DNA from: Lingula anatina
Lineage: Eukaryota; Animalia; Brachiopoda
DNA: 64,000 nucleotides
Assembly (NCBI GenBank): GCA_051362555.1
Contig: CM120643.1
Location: 28,834,848-28,898,847 of the forward strand
Direction: 5' to 3'
A model generated the notes under the pieces. It saw only the letters and a list, made by a program, of their open reading frames with translations, made no database searches and was not told the DNA's origin. The position numbers and the translations under genes were made by a program. Of the stretch, positions 23,801 to 64,000 are shown piece after piece. Each line of letters opens with the position of its first letter. The stretch's first letter is position 1.

Positions 23801-25758
23801 AATACAGTGGCACACAAAACATATGGAATTAGTAATGTTGCGGGATTCAGAGGAATATAAAGGTATCCTCTCCACGTTGAAGTGTGTCCCAAAATCATAT
23901 TTTCTGTCAACATTTCCTGCAAAGCTACTACTAGGCATGAAAAACCCCTCAAATAAAAGTACTTGATGTGGCTGTATCTTTCTGGAATGTTCAAGAAGAC
24001 ACATATAATAAGATGATGAGTGACTGGTCAATCATTTAGAATTGAATTATTCAATGAGATATGGTATAAAACATCGAATCCAAATACAGGGACGGATTGA
24101 GCGATGCTCATTGAGTAGGGGATGGCTGCTTTTTTCCCGAAAAAATAAATTTGTTTAGGAAATCTGGATAGTATATTTTAATAGAAAATAACAAAAATAT
24201 ATCTTGATAAATTCTAGCATCTTTTATTCGTTGCTGCAGCGCGCTCACTTGTCTACCATTATTACTGCAGCTGTTTCTTCTCTCCTTTAAATTCTGATTT
24301 GATTTAACGCTAATTTACAAGACTTCAGATCATCCCAGATGATTCCCTTTACCAGTCTACATCTCCATTCTAGAGTGACTCAAAACCTAGGCAATTACAA
24401 ACCCCAAAACCAACTTTGTGGTTCGTAATTCTAGGATCACTTCTGGATACTATATACCTCCAAGATTAATGAGCTTGTGTTTAAATTCCCTAGAATTTGT
24501 CTACTTAAACATCTTTCAAATAGTTCTGTAAGAAGGCTGTCTTACTTTATTCCAGCTAAGAATCGCCAACATAGCCGCTGCTGCCATACTTGCTGTCAGA
24601 GGAGAAGAATATTTGACTGGATCTGCTGCAGGACTGCTATCATGTATGTTTTCCTAACACACAACACATACACACTAAAATACCATTTGTATCACTGTTC
24701 TAGTATGTTGTACTATATTTGAGTATTAACTACTGTTTATAGAGATGTTGATAACTTACTTTGGAACGGAAAGTTTCTCTTTTGTATAAACAGGTGTCTG
24801 CCTTTCTTTCGGGATTTAACAGTATACTATAGATACTACAGAATTTATTCCATTCATTCTTATAAATGAAATCTGGTAGTATGAAAAGAAAGACAAAAGA
24901 TATAATGAAATTTAATCGGATAAGATTTGTCGATATTTTATACATACATGTATTAAAGTTATATTTGATACTTTGTATGAACAGATTCACATAAATCATA
25001 AAAGATGCATTCAACAGGACAATATCAAACATACCATACCATGTGGTGCTTCATTTCATATTACGCTCGAAGAGAAGGCGTAAAAACAATGTATTATTCT
25101 CGCAAATTTTAATGAAAATTAAATGAAAAGTTACTAGTAATTGAGAGATGAAAAACTTGAACATGTGTAGCCAAGATAATTTTTTCGAGACCCCCCCATC
25201 TGTCATTTTCAAATTTCAACCCCCCACCCTAAATCTTTGCTCAAAAATTTCCAGGGTTCCCTATTTTCTCCCCCCTCCCCCTAAAAGTGGGTTTTAGAGC
25301 GACTTTTACTTAATTATGGGTGCCAGTCTTAAAGAGCAATTTCCATTTGTCCTCACAAAATTGGGAAAGTAATTACACAATTGGTTTTTATGACCCAATT
25401 AATAGAGAAAGTACCTGAAGTTGTATAGGTAAAAGGCCACATTAGTGCTATAATTCACCATGTTATTTTGAAATCTCTGCCATTAGAATTTGACTCTATT
25501 TCACTCGATCCATTTTCTATTTTTCTAGATCTCGCTGCCGGGGGCTCTCGCGACTGGGCTAAGGGCAAAGCGGGCATTAAGTATTCCTACAGTGTAGAAT
25601 TGAGTCCCAGTATAAGAACGGCTGATTGGTCTTTTAGATTCGAGCTTCCCCCTCGTTTCATCCCACTCGTAGGCGAAGATCTTTATATGGGTCTTAAAGC
25701 TGTAGCTGAAGCACTGCAGGAAAAATTAACCCTTGAGATGAATGTCGGTTGCATCTAG
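17736..25758 (+). CDS. Secreted M14A zinc carboxypeptidase, copy 2, complete (387 aa); exons 17736-17869, 19785-19884, 20368-20472, 21107-21214, 21382-21489, 22337-22424, 23439-23641, 24556-24643, 25529-25758
   Basis: All nine exons have GT-AG boundaries and compatible phases (1164 nt total). Motifs: signal peptide MLLALALTGFCTLITA, REKR site, HARE (His69/Arg71/Glu72), NPDGYEYSH, DRMWRKTR (Arg127), GVDANRNF (Asn144/Arg145), SEPE, LHSY (His196), Tyr248, GGSRDW, Glu270. Confidence 0.9.
19785..19884 (+). CDS. Carboxypeptidase copy 2, coding exon 2 (short propeptide and start of mature enzyme)
   Basis: ttccag acceptor, gtaagg donor; VIDEEKPEVQRREKRSLPPQAQFNQSGYNRVDV resembles the IDEE connecting segment and the F..Y N-terminus of mature CPA/B. 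Confidence 0.8.
20368..20472 (+). CDS. Carboxypeptidase copy 2, coding exon 3
   Basis: IYKWLKTMESSCGGKCSVFNLRYKSSEGRALRAIK (I..WL and S.EGR motifs); phase 0-0. Confidence 0.9.
21107..21214 (+). CDS. Carboxypeptidase copy 2, coding exon 4 (HARE zinc motif)
   Basis: IGTPNPQINKPAIWIDSGLHAREWIGISSALYFINK; phase 0-0. Confidence 0.95.
21382..21489 (+). CDS. Carboxypeptidase copy 2, coding exon 5
   Basis: LISDYDQPEVKNLVDSYDWYILPVVNPDGYEYSHTH; phase 0-0. Confidence 0.93.
21535..22092. mobile_element. Inverted pair of HINE-family ends in an intron of carboxypeptidase copy 2
   Basis: cagcaaagccgtcaaatgcacaga... at 21540 and its reverse complement ...tctgtacgtttgacagctttgctgccttgt ending at 22092; homologous to 7500-7900. 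Confidence 0.65.
22337..22424 (+). CDS. Carboxypeptidase copy 2, coding exon 6
   Basis: DRMWRKTRSKQDNDCYGVDANRNFNFHWN; tttag acceptor, gtagg donor. Confidence 0.95.
23439..23641 (+). CDS. Carboxypeptidase copy 2, coding exon 7
   Basis: AGTDPDPCHNTFAGKRAFSEPETQAMSDFILSKRRDIKIYISLHSYGNLWLTPWGYTRILPGDYDEL. Confidence 0.95.
24556..24643 (+). CDS. Carboxypeptidase copy 2, coding exon 8
   Basis: LRIANIAAAAILAVRGEEYLTGSAAGLLS plus the first base of the Tyr248 codon; gtatgt donor. Confidence 0.9.
25529..25758 (+). CDS. Carboxypeptidase copy 2, last coding exon (GGSRDW, Glu270)
   Basis: ttctag acceptor; (Y)LAAGGSRDWAKGKAGIKYSYSVELSP...EMNVGCI*; AATAAA at 25874. Confidence 0.93.
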
Positions 25759-26909
25759 TGAATATATTTCATTTCATGAAAATAGTGACTGCGTAAAAAA
25801 AAATCAAATTCTGTTTTTTAAGAACAATATTGTTAAATTCCGATTGTCAATAATTAAGGCTCTGAAAAGTTGCAATAAAACAGATGGAACATAAAGATGA
25901 CAGTCGTACAGATTCTTTTATGCTATAAGATAAAGAAATTAATTTGATATAAATATATGACATTCCTGTTAATATCAATGCAACTGGGGAAAATGTCCAG
26001 TCTTATAAAATTTTAATTCGGATCAGTGAATTCTGATTTTGACCAGTAGTTTTAGGTGGTCCGAATGGCGAATGCTGAAAAGTTAATGGCATAGACTTTG
26101 ACGATTGTCCTTTTAATAAACTTGCCTATTATGTATCATAGTGATATCAAGCAACTAAATCCGAATTGCCAGAATTATATAAACATTCTGCATTCATAAA
26201 TGAAATAAAGACCTCAGCAAATCATTTATGCAGACAACCCACTACCAGGCTCGCAGATTTTAATATGTGCACTTTTTCTCTAACGGAACCCTGTGACTTT
26301 TGGCCAGAGGGCAGCAACCAATTCTGTCAGCGCGCAAATGATACTGTGACGCTGTGTCCGCTCTGTGGAAGAAAGGCTTCCTGTCTTGGCTGAGATGTCT
26401 GCTGAAACAAGTCACATGGTTTGAAGGAATGCTCTGAAGTAACAAGCTTTTCATAAGGGGCTCTTTATATTTGTCAAAAAAAGAGCAAGTGATTTTAAAA
26501 GATCAGAACATTCAACTGTTTTGATTGCTGTCAAGGGGGCTTGGATTTGACCTGCTGAGTGGCAGTGCCTGGGTAGTTATGCAAATAATGACCAGCTACG
26601 TAATCATCCTCGAGATTTCATTAATGGGCCACAGTGCAAAACAGTCCCATGATTTTTTAAAACGACACATATCTGCGAATGTTTGGTGAAAAAACAATCT
26701 GTGGCTCTGATAGAGGGTACCTGCACACCATTGTGCTGCCACCTGGCGCTCACCATTCAGACCACATCGCAAGAAAAACCAGCAGGATTTTTTTTTAGCA
26801 AAATGCTGACAAAATTCCTTAACGATTCCCAGTCACAGTTAACCAGAAACAATTTTAAACAGATATATAAAAATTGCTCTCAAACTGTCACTCTCAACTG
26901 AACAAATGA

Positions 26910-26953
26910 TAACAACAACTCTGTATTTGTGGTCCGTAAAAAGAACCTTTATT
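26910..26953 (-). terminator. Probable TENT4 polyadenylation signal (implies a 3' UTR of about 2.8 kb)
   Basis: AATAAA on the minus strand at 26948-26953, with a GTTGTTGTT downstream element at about 26911-26919. Confidence 0.4.
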
Positions 26954-28610
26954 CTAAGAAACTGGAGAAAAATATTTTCAAAATGCTTCTCCACATTATT
27001 GGACTTTAAATTGTGACAAAACATTCTACCACGTTACCCTCTCACTCTACGTCTCTGCTGAATTCAACATCACATCTTGCTCACATTCCAAGCTAAAGAT
27101 CTCGAGACGTCTTGATTGTATAAGAATATTCAACTCTTAGCCATTCGACCACTCTATTCACCACATGTCACTATCATACATTTATCCATATAAAAGCAAA
27201 CTTCTTGATCCACAGTTATAACAATAATAATTATAATAATAAAAAGCCTTATAGTTAACTTTCTTGAAATACCACATCTTCTCTAGCTATTTCTCTAATT
27301 GCTAGCAGTTGTTAGTTCAAATATCTTGCATGTAATTGAGAAACATTTTATTGCCATACTGTTAAAAATTATTAGTCTACCATAAAAGATGCATCCTTAA
27401 CTTTGCTGAAAACAGAAATCCCGTAACTATTAGAGCAGTGCTCAACAAGGTTTCCAATAAACTTATCATTTTAAGTCCAAACTTTTCTTGTATCCATGTG
27501 TTAAATAAAATAACTTCAATCTTAATTAAAGGTGAACTTGGATTGCACATACTGAGGAAACGAGGTCTCCAACTTTGACAAAATCTGGCCAAAAGTGAAC
27601 AACTCTGGTCTGTGCTTGAATTCAACAAAATATAATAATATTTGATGAGATGCATCTGTATTTTTACACCAAGTTAGATAACCTGCCTCGTATCTGTCCA
27701 ACACATCTATAAAAAAACTTTTTACTTATTTATTACTGTGGATATTTCACATTATCCACACTGTACAATAATACTAGCCATTTACACATATTGCAATAAA
27801 ATCTAGTTCACCATTTATACATAAAACAGAAAAGACACTGAAGTCTTCTAGGCAAAAATCTTGCATGGTAAGACTTGTGCAGTAATGAGTAAGTCCAAAC
27901 ATTGCTGGTCAATAATAAAAAATTCCATATTTCATTTGAATCAAGAAAATTGCTTAACTCTTCAAGATAAGGTTATAATTGAAGCTGTGCATTTCTTTTC
28001 ACTTTGTTTTTCTTAAATATATGGAGTACACATTTCCTTTTTTATTGTAATTAAGTATCCATAAGAACAACTAAAATCAATAATATACTACATACTTCAA
28101 TACTTTTAACAGAAACACACACACAAAATAAATAAATAATAAAAAAAAATAATTATATAAAAAAATCCAACATTTGTTTTGATTTTCCTTTAGTACATCT
28201 CACCAGACGGCACCAGTGCTGCACATCCCCTTGTTTTGAGGGTATGAAAGACTGCGTCATTAAAGAAATGAAATTAAAACTAGAAATTCACCTTGTTTCC
28301 AACACAAAAGTCTTGTGCAATTTTGCAAGAATTAAAAAGGTATGCTTTATCATTTTTTTTGGAAATCCTTAAAAATTTTTTAGTAAGTTATTCTTTACCC
28401 CAATATTCTGCAGTTACGTTTGCAACTTCTTAAAATGAAATAAAAATAATCTTGACAACTCATAGATAAACTGGACATGTGACTCTTTGTCAAATCCACC
28501 ATCTGTTATTGCTCCATGTAACATAACATAACATCTTCAAAGATTGTCAATTATAACAGCTGTCAGTACTGCAGTCCAGGTCATAGAGACACAATCATTC
28601 TCAAAAAATG

Positions 28611-28651
<41 letters not shown>

Positions 28652-29722
28652 CAATAGTCTTATTTTGTTTCAAACAATCTTTTTTTCTGACAATCTCTTG
28701 ACTAGAACTTAATCTTTGCAAAGTCATTCCTGGATATATAAAATCAACCAGCACCTAAAAAATATTTTTCTCAGCTGTATAAGATACTTTTTTTTAAGTG
28801 TTTGAATTTTTTGTTTGGATTAAACACTTTACTTCCACTAAACTGATTGTTTTTTTGCAAGTCATTCTGTCAAAATCTCTCTTCTGACAAGCGAGGGGTC
28901 TTTGCACACCTGAACATTGAACTCACCAGACTAAAAGCACACCCGGACAAAATTAATGTTGTCACAATCTTTCCCAGTGTTGGAATGCTGTAAGATTTGT
29001 CTTTATATTTTCCTTTCTTTCCATTTTTAGACATTTTAAATATTGTTTTTTTTTTCTTTTTTGAGAAAAGAAAAAAAGTCAAGCACAATAATTTACATGC
29101 AAACTGGAAGGAAAATATTTTTAGAATTTTTTTTCACAATTTTAAATTTTTTTTTTTTTGGTTGTCATGATTGCGTAATATTGTATACTATAATAGAAAG
29201 ACATCATCACAGGACTATAAATTCTGCATTATTGCAGCCATCATTTCGAATCTTCATCTCTCCAAGTTTCAATGCCGTCATCCATCATAAACAGGCGAGC
29301 TCAAACCTCGGTGGATATCTTTTCAACGTGCAGTATCATTACCACACAAGAGACAAAGTTCCACACTGTTCACACCATCTGATTACTTTCACATGCCTCC
29401 CTCTTAATATACCTCCTCATACCCACTATAGTGGCCTCTGTACCTTGGCAGTCTGCCTATACCTCTGCCTATATCAATGCTTCCATCAGTAGTTTCTAAG
29501 AAGCTCCAGTTGTCCATGGTAACATGACATGGATTGTCTACGTAAAGAGGAGAGGAGCTTTGTACAGACGCGGAGAAATTTTCCATCACTGCTCAGAATT
29601 CTTGTTTTGAATCACTGAGGGTAGTTTACAAGGAATCTTGTAATGGATTTCTCCGAAGAACATTTCAGAGCATATTGAAGTCAATGCCTGCCAAAGTAAA
29701 ATGGCAGACTTCTAAAGCAGTA

Positions 29723-60161
<30,439 letters not shown>

Positions 60162-60251
60162 TCACCCGTCCGAACAGTTGCCAATATAAAAGAAACGGAC
60201 ATAAACTTAAAGATTATCAACAGAAATCACCGGCACATTCTAGGTCTTCTT

Positions 60252-60281
60252 GGCCGACATTTAAAACTCTTGCGCATGCGC
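60252..60281 (-). promoter_or_regulatory. Probable TENT4 core promoter: NRF1-type palindrome and YY1-like motif
   Basis: TGCGCATGCGC at 60271-60281 and AAATGTCGGCC (minus strand, 60252-60262), about 100 bp upstream of the ATG. Confidence 0.5.
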
Positions 60282-61829
60282 TAATAGAAGGTCTCGTTGA
60301 GGTCACTGAAAGCTCAGCAGGTCTATTCTTGTCTGACCACTGCCAAATAATCTAATCACCGTGTTGATTCTGTGAATTTCAAGAGCAATTTAATATTCCC
60401 AGCTCATGTACAAGTTGACGAGTCTAAGAATAGGGCAAGGTTATTCTTTGAAACTTGATATGCCCTTAGAAAATAGTACTTCAACGCACGTAACAAGAAA
60501 TGCAAAGATGAAACCACGCTTTCCCTTTGGAGCTAGTTGTATAATAACTTATTTCCCTTTTCATCCGAAGAAAGGAGCAGGGTATCATGTATATATGTCG
60601 ACCTTTACTAGCATATTTGCTATAGAATGCCTCAGATTGTAGTAAAAATCGGTGCAAAAACTTCGACATAAGTGACATACGTGTTCGGTATCCTTAATTT
60701 ATCTGACCAATCAGCGTAAGGATTCTTGACCTAATTCCTGGAGGCGAAAAAGGGAGTGTACTAAACAGTTTAGACCATTTACGTTTTGTGGAAAATAAAA
60801 ATAACTCGACTTGTCAAAGAGATTTGAGAAAGTTATATTTTTAAAATTAATTTCTTATAAATGAGTAAAACAGGTGTGTCAATTATGTTTTTTAATTCTA
60901 GTTTTTGTTAAATTTAAATTAATTTGTATAACATATAAAAATGTTGATCATGTTTATGTTGTTGTATAGGGAAATGATTTCATGTCTCTCATTTGGGCAC
61001 AGAGTAAAGTCATTTTCATTTTAAATCCAAGTTTTTTCTTCTCTTTTTACTATGTTTTACGTAATATCTTTCATACATGTGCCAGTTAATTACTGGTAAA
61101 CAGCCTCTAATAACTGACACATAGAACTGCATGAAAAGTGAAAAAACGCGCATTCATTATTTTCTTTTTTGAAGTTGTTAAAATACAAACATTGACAAAC
61201 ACTGCACATTTCCAGCTTGCCTTGCAACTAAAAAATAGACCCATGCAGCTATAGTGCACAAGTTAAAACCAATTTCAGTAAATGCAATTTTTAATGAAAT
61301 ACCCAAATGCGACACAACAGTTGTTGGAAATCAAGGCCCAATACCACTGGGACCTCAATTACTTTGAAGAAAATTTTAATGAAACCGCTTTGTTCACAAA
61401 GGCAGAACAAACAATTTGGTCTTCAAGCATGCATGAATTTGAAACGGGTACCTGACAAATTAAACAGCCACCCTCAGTTTCAGAGGACATTGAATACCCT
61501 CCTCTCTAATATCAGGACCAAAGAGGCATGTTGATAGGAGAGATTAGTTTCCTATTTTTTACCAGAGACCTCACCAGCTGTTACAAATTACGATAAAAGA
61601 TTTCAACAGATTCTGTAACTGCTGGAGGTTGGAACAGCTAACATTAAGGGTAGTTATGAGATTCTGCTATCCTCTCAGACTCTGAGGGTGGTTGGGGATG
61701 GTGGGGGGGGGGGGGAGGGGGACAGCTAAACCAAGTGTATTCTTTTACTTCATGCTAAGTCAGGCCATTTTGCCTGGTTCAAGGGAAGACCCATGGGGGG
61801 GGGGGGGGGGAGGAGAGCAGGGCTCCATG

Positions 61830-61985
61830 CATAACTCAAAAGCATCGCAAATTGCATAAAGGGATATCACTTTTTATTTCGAGGCAATTACATGTACATG
61901 TATATGGGGTGAGTATATGGACGAGTTATGGAATCGAGAAGCTTGCGATCTGTCACAATGCGCAATGCTTTCGAGTTATGGGTCC
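61830..61985. mobile_element. Small MITE-like inverted repeat
   Basis: cataactcaaaagcatcgcaaattg versus caatgcgcaatgctttcgagttatg. Confidence 0.5.
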
Positions 61986-62649
61986 CAGGCATGTCCAATC
62001 TCCCTCAAAAAATGAAATAAAATAAAATAGAAATAAATAAATTAATAAATAAATAAAAGCCCTGTTTTTGTCTCTTAATATATTTTTGCTTCTCCTCCCC
62101 CGCACAGACACAATGTTCTGGATCTACCTGTGCTGTTTACATTACTGTTACATTTTAATTAAAACAATGTGAAAAGTAAAGTCTTCTGTACCACTCAATA
62201 AAGTCTCTGTGCAGTTTACATTAGATGACGTTATGCCTGGTTAAATTTTTGTCCTTGGTTTAGCCTGGATGTAGCTGTCTTCACATCCCTGGGGAGCTGG
62301 GATACAGAACTTGTCTTATATTATTATTATTCTTTATTGGTTCTGATGCAGTATAAATACAGGCTATAACCAAACTAAAGTACATGAAATCCATTGAAAC
62401 AATATCAATTCTAATACGTACATTACACAATGGGAATTCAATATATTTTTAGCGCAGCTTTGTGTGTGGTGTACCAAATAAGCTCTATAATCTAAACCAT
62501 ATGAATTTAATAATCAATACTCACAAGGACATGCCCCCCCTTAAAAAAGAGAAAATAAAATAAAATGACTTCCTGCATCTAGAATGAAATAGTCAAAGGT
62601 TTAGGTGGTACGAGCCCTTTATTACTTATTTATCATTCTTTGTACTGGG

Positions 62650-64000
62650 TTACAAATTAACTGGATTCTGAATTTTCTCCAAGTTATGTTGTACTGCATT
62701 TTTCAGAAAAGTGATCCACTGTACATCTTCATCAAATGTCACGTGGGAAGTCCTGAAATGAAGAAGTTCAGCTTTAGAAACAAGAACAAACCTCTACCAT
62801 ATTTTACATATACCACCAGTAACCAGATTTCATTATATTTTGAGGAGTGCAACTTGAAGTGCAAAAATATTTTAAAGCTAGAAAATTACTTACTTTAACA
62901 TCGTGATGGCAATTATATAGTTTATGGTTTAATACACCAACAACAAGATATTCAGTCAACAGTGCAACATCATTCATCAAATTTTTTATCCACATTCTTA
63001 ATATACTGACAGTCAATGAAAACGCATCAGAAAACTTTCTTGTACTTTTTTACCGAGAATCAATTCCTACCATATAAACGAGTACAAATGCACTTGTTTG
63101 GTCATAAGAGAGTGGGCTGACCACTATTTCATATTTCACATATTTTCTTAATTTGCCAAAGGAACTTAAATATTATTTGATAAATAATGATGTGTTTTCA
63201 TTGACTGTCAGTATATATTAAAGTGAGAATATCACTATCACATTTCTTGAAACAACCACTTTTTAAATGCCTCTTAATTTGTTAGTTATTATTTTCCTGT
63301 CTTATTTAATTCATAAATTTTTAAAATGCCAACGCTACTACACATGTGGGCATATGCATGCCTGCACACACATGTACATTGACATGTGCACACACTTACT
63401 TTGACAGCTCTAAAAGCTCCAATACAATATCTGCCAGTTTTCTTGCCTATAGAACAAAAACCAAAGATGACATTTAAAAGTTGACTTTATGAACGTAATG
63501 TGAAATAGGTAAAATAATATATTTCTAGGTTCAAAAATGTGACTTAAGTTGAAAACACTGAAAAACATACAATTTCATTAATGGATATCAACATTAAATA
63601 TTAAAACAAATCCATTAATTTGAAAAATAACATGAAAGAAAAATCAATGCAAATCATTTGAAAAAATACCAGCTGACATCCATAACTATACAATGAACAC
63701 AACTATTTATTTATTACACATACATTGTCTTTTGCCATATCAAGGTCCAATGGAGCATACAATCCAGAAACAAAGTCATCCACAGCAGGGCTGGTTAACC
63801 TCACAACATCTGCTAATTCGTCCAGTTCTGTGATCTGTGCTGCTGTCGCACATTCTCCGTTAATTCTCACAGCAATGGACGTTTTCTTCAGGCAAGCTTT
63901 TACCGCTTTAACCAGTCCTATGCATGGTGCTATTGTCCTTTTGTCTGCCTCAGACCATGTTTCTTCCTCAAGGTCATCACTGTCAGCATCACCAAGGTCA
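62650..64000 (-). CDS. CCNDBP1: Cyclin-D1-binding protein 1 (GCIP) homolog, 3' part; exons 63724-64000 (truncated by the window edge), 63400-63446, 62650-62752
   Basis: DSDDLEEETWSEADKRTIAPCIGLVKAVKACLKK...ELDELADVVRLTSPAVDDFVSGLYAPLD / ARKLADIVLELLELSK / TSHVTFDEDVQWITFLKNAVQHNLEKIQNPVNL* matches the CCNDBP1 pattern WSE.D...PC..LV...KACLKK...LD......SP.VDD....YPP...SHV....W...L.NA..H; phases are compatible. Confidence 0.9.
63001..63216. mobile_element. Tc1/mariner-type (TA-flanked) MITE in a CCNDBP1 intron
   Basis: 29-bp inverted repeats atatactgacagtcaatgaaaac(g/a)catca with one mismatch. Confidence 0.75.

Noticed and set aside
25730-25758. C-terminal lipid anchor (CaaX or GPI signal) on the carboxypeptidases
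   Set aside because: The proteins end VGCI with Cys at -2, not -4, and there is no hydrophobic GPI signal.

Overview
AT-rich, intron-rich animal genomic DNA, probably from an invertebrate; the repeat types suggest a lophotrochozoan such as a mollusc, but this cannot be proven from the window. It is not prokaryotic. Four protein-coding loci were reconstructed by hand from GT-AG splice sites and codon phase. (1) The last three coding exons of an M14A zinc carboxypeptidase (copy 1, + strand, 5364-12177). (2) A complete 9-coding-exon tandem paralog (copy 2, + strand, 17736-25758, 387 aa). (3) A complete 11-exon TENT4/PAPD5-7/Trf4 non-canonical poly(A) polymerase (- strand, 29723-60161, 697 aa). 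(4) The 3' end of CCNDBP1/GCIP (- strand, 62650-64000). Introns and intergenic DNA carry Helentron-associated (HINE-like) elements with 146-164 bp internal tandem repeats, Harbinger-like fold-back MITEs with 3-bp target duplications, a 35-bp minisatellite and a 160-bp satellite. The strongest finding is the carboxypeptidase pair, which has opposite-charge S1' specificity residues (Asp255 versus Arg255, bovine CPA numbering). Copy 1 has also lost Tyr248, and copy 2 appears to lack the globular pro-domain, keeping only a ~25-aa propeptide with a furin-type site, which is a CPO-like design. TENT4 shows a duplicated 3' splice site leading to an in-frame stop, stacked upstream ORFs and a variant GS-motif exon. 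No CRISPR array, rRNA or tRNA was seen. Most ORFs in the supplied track are spurious.
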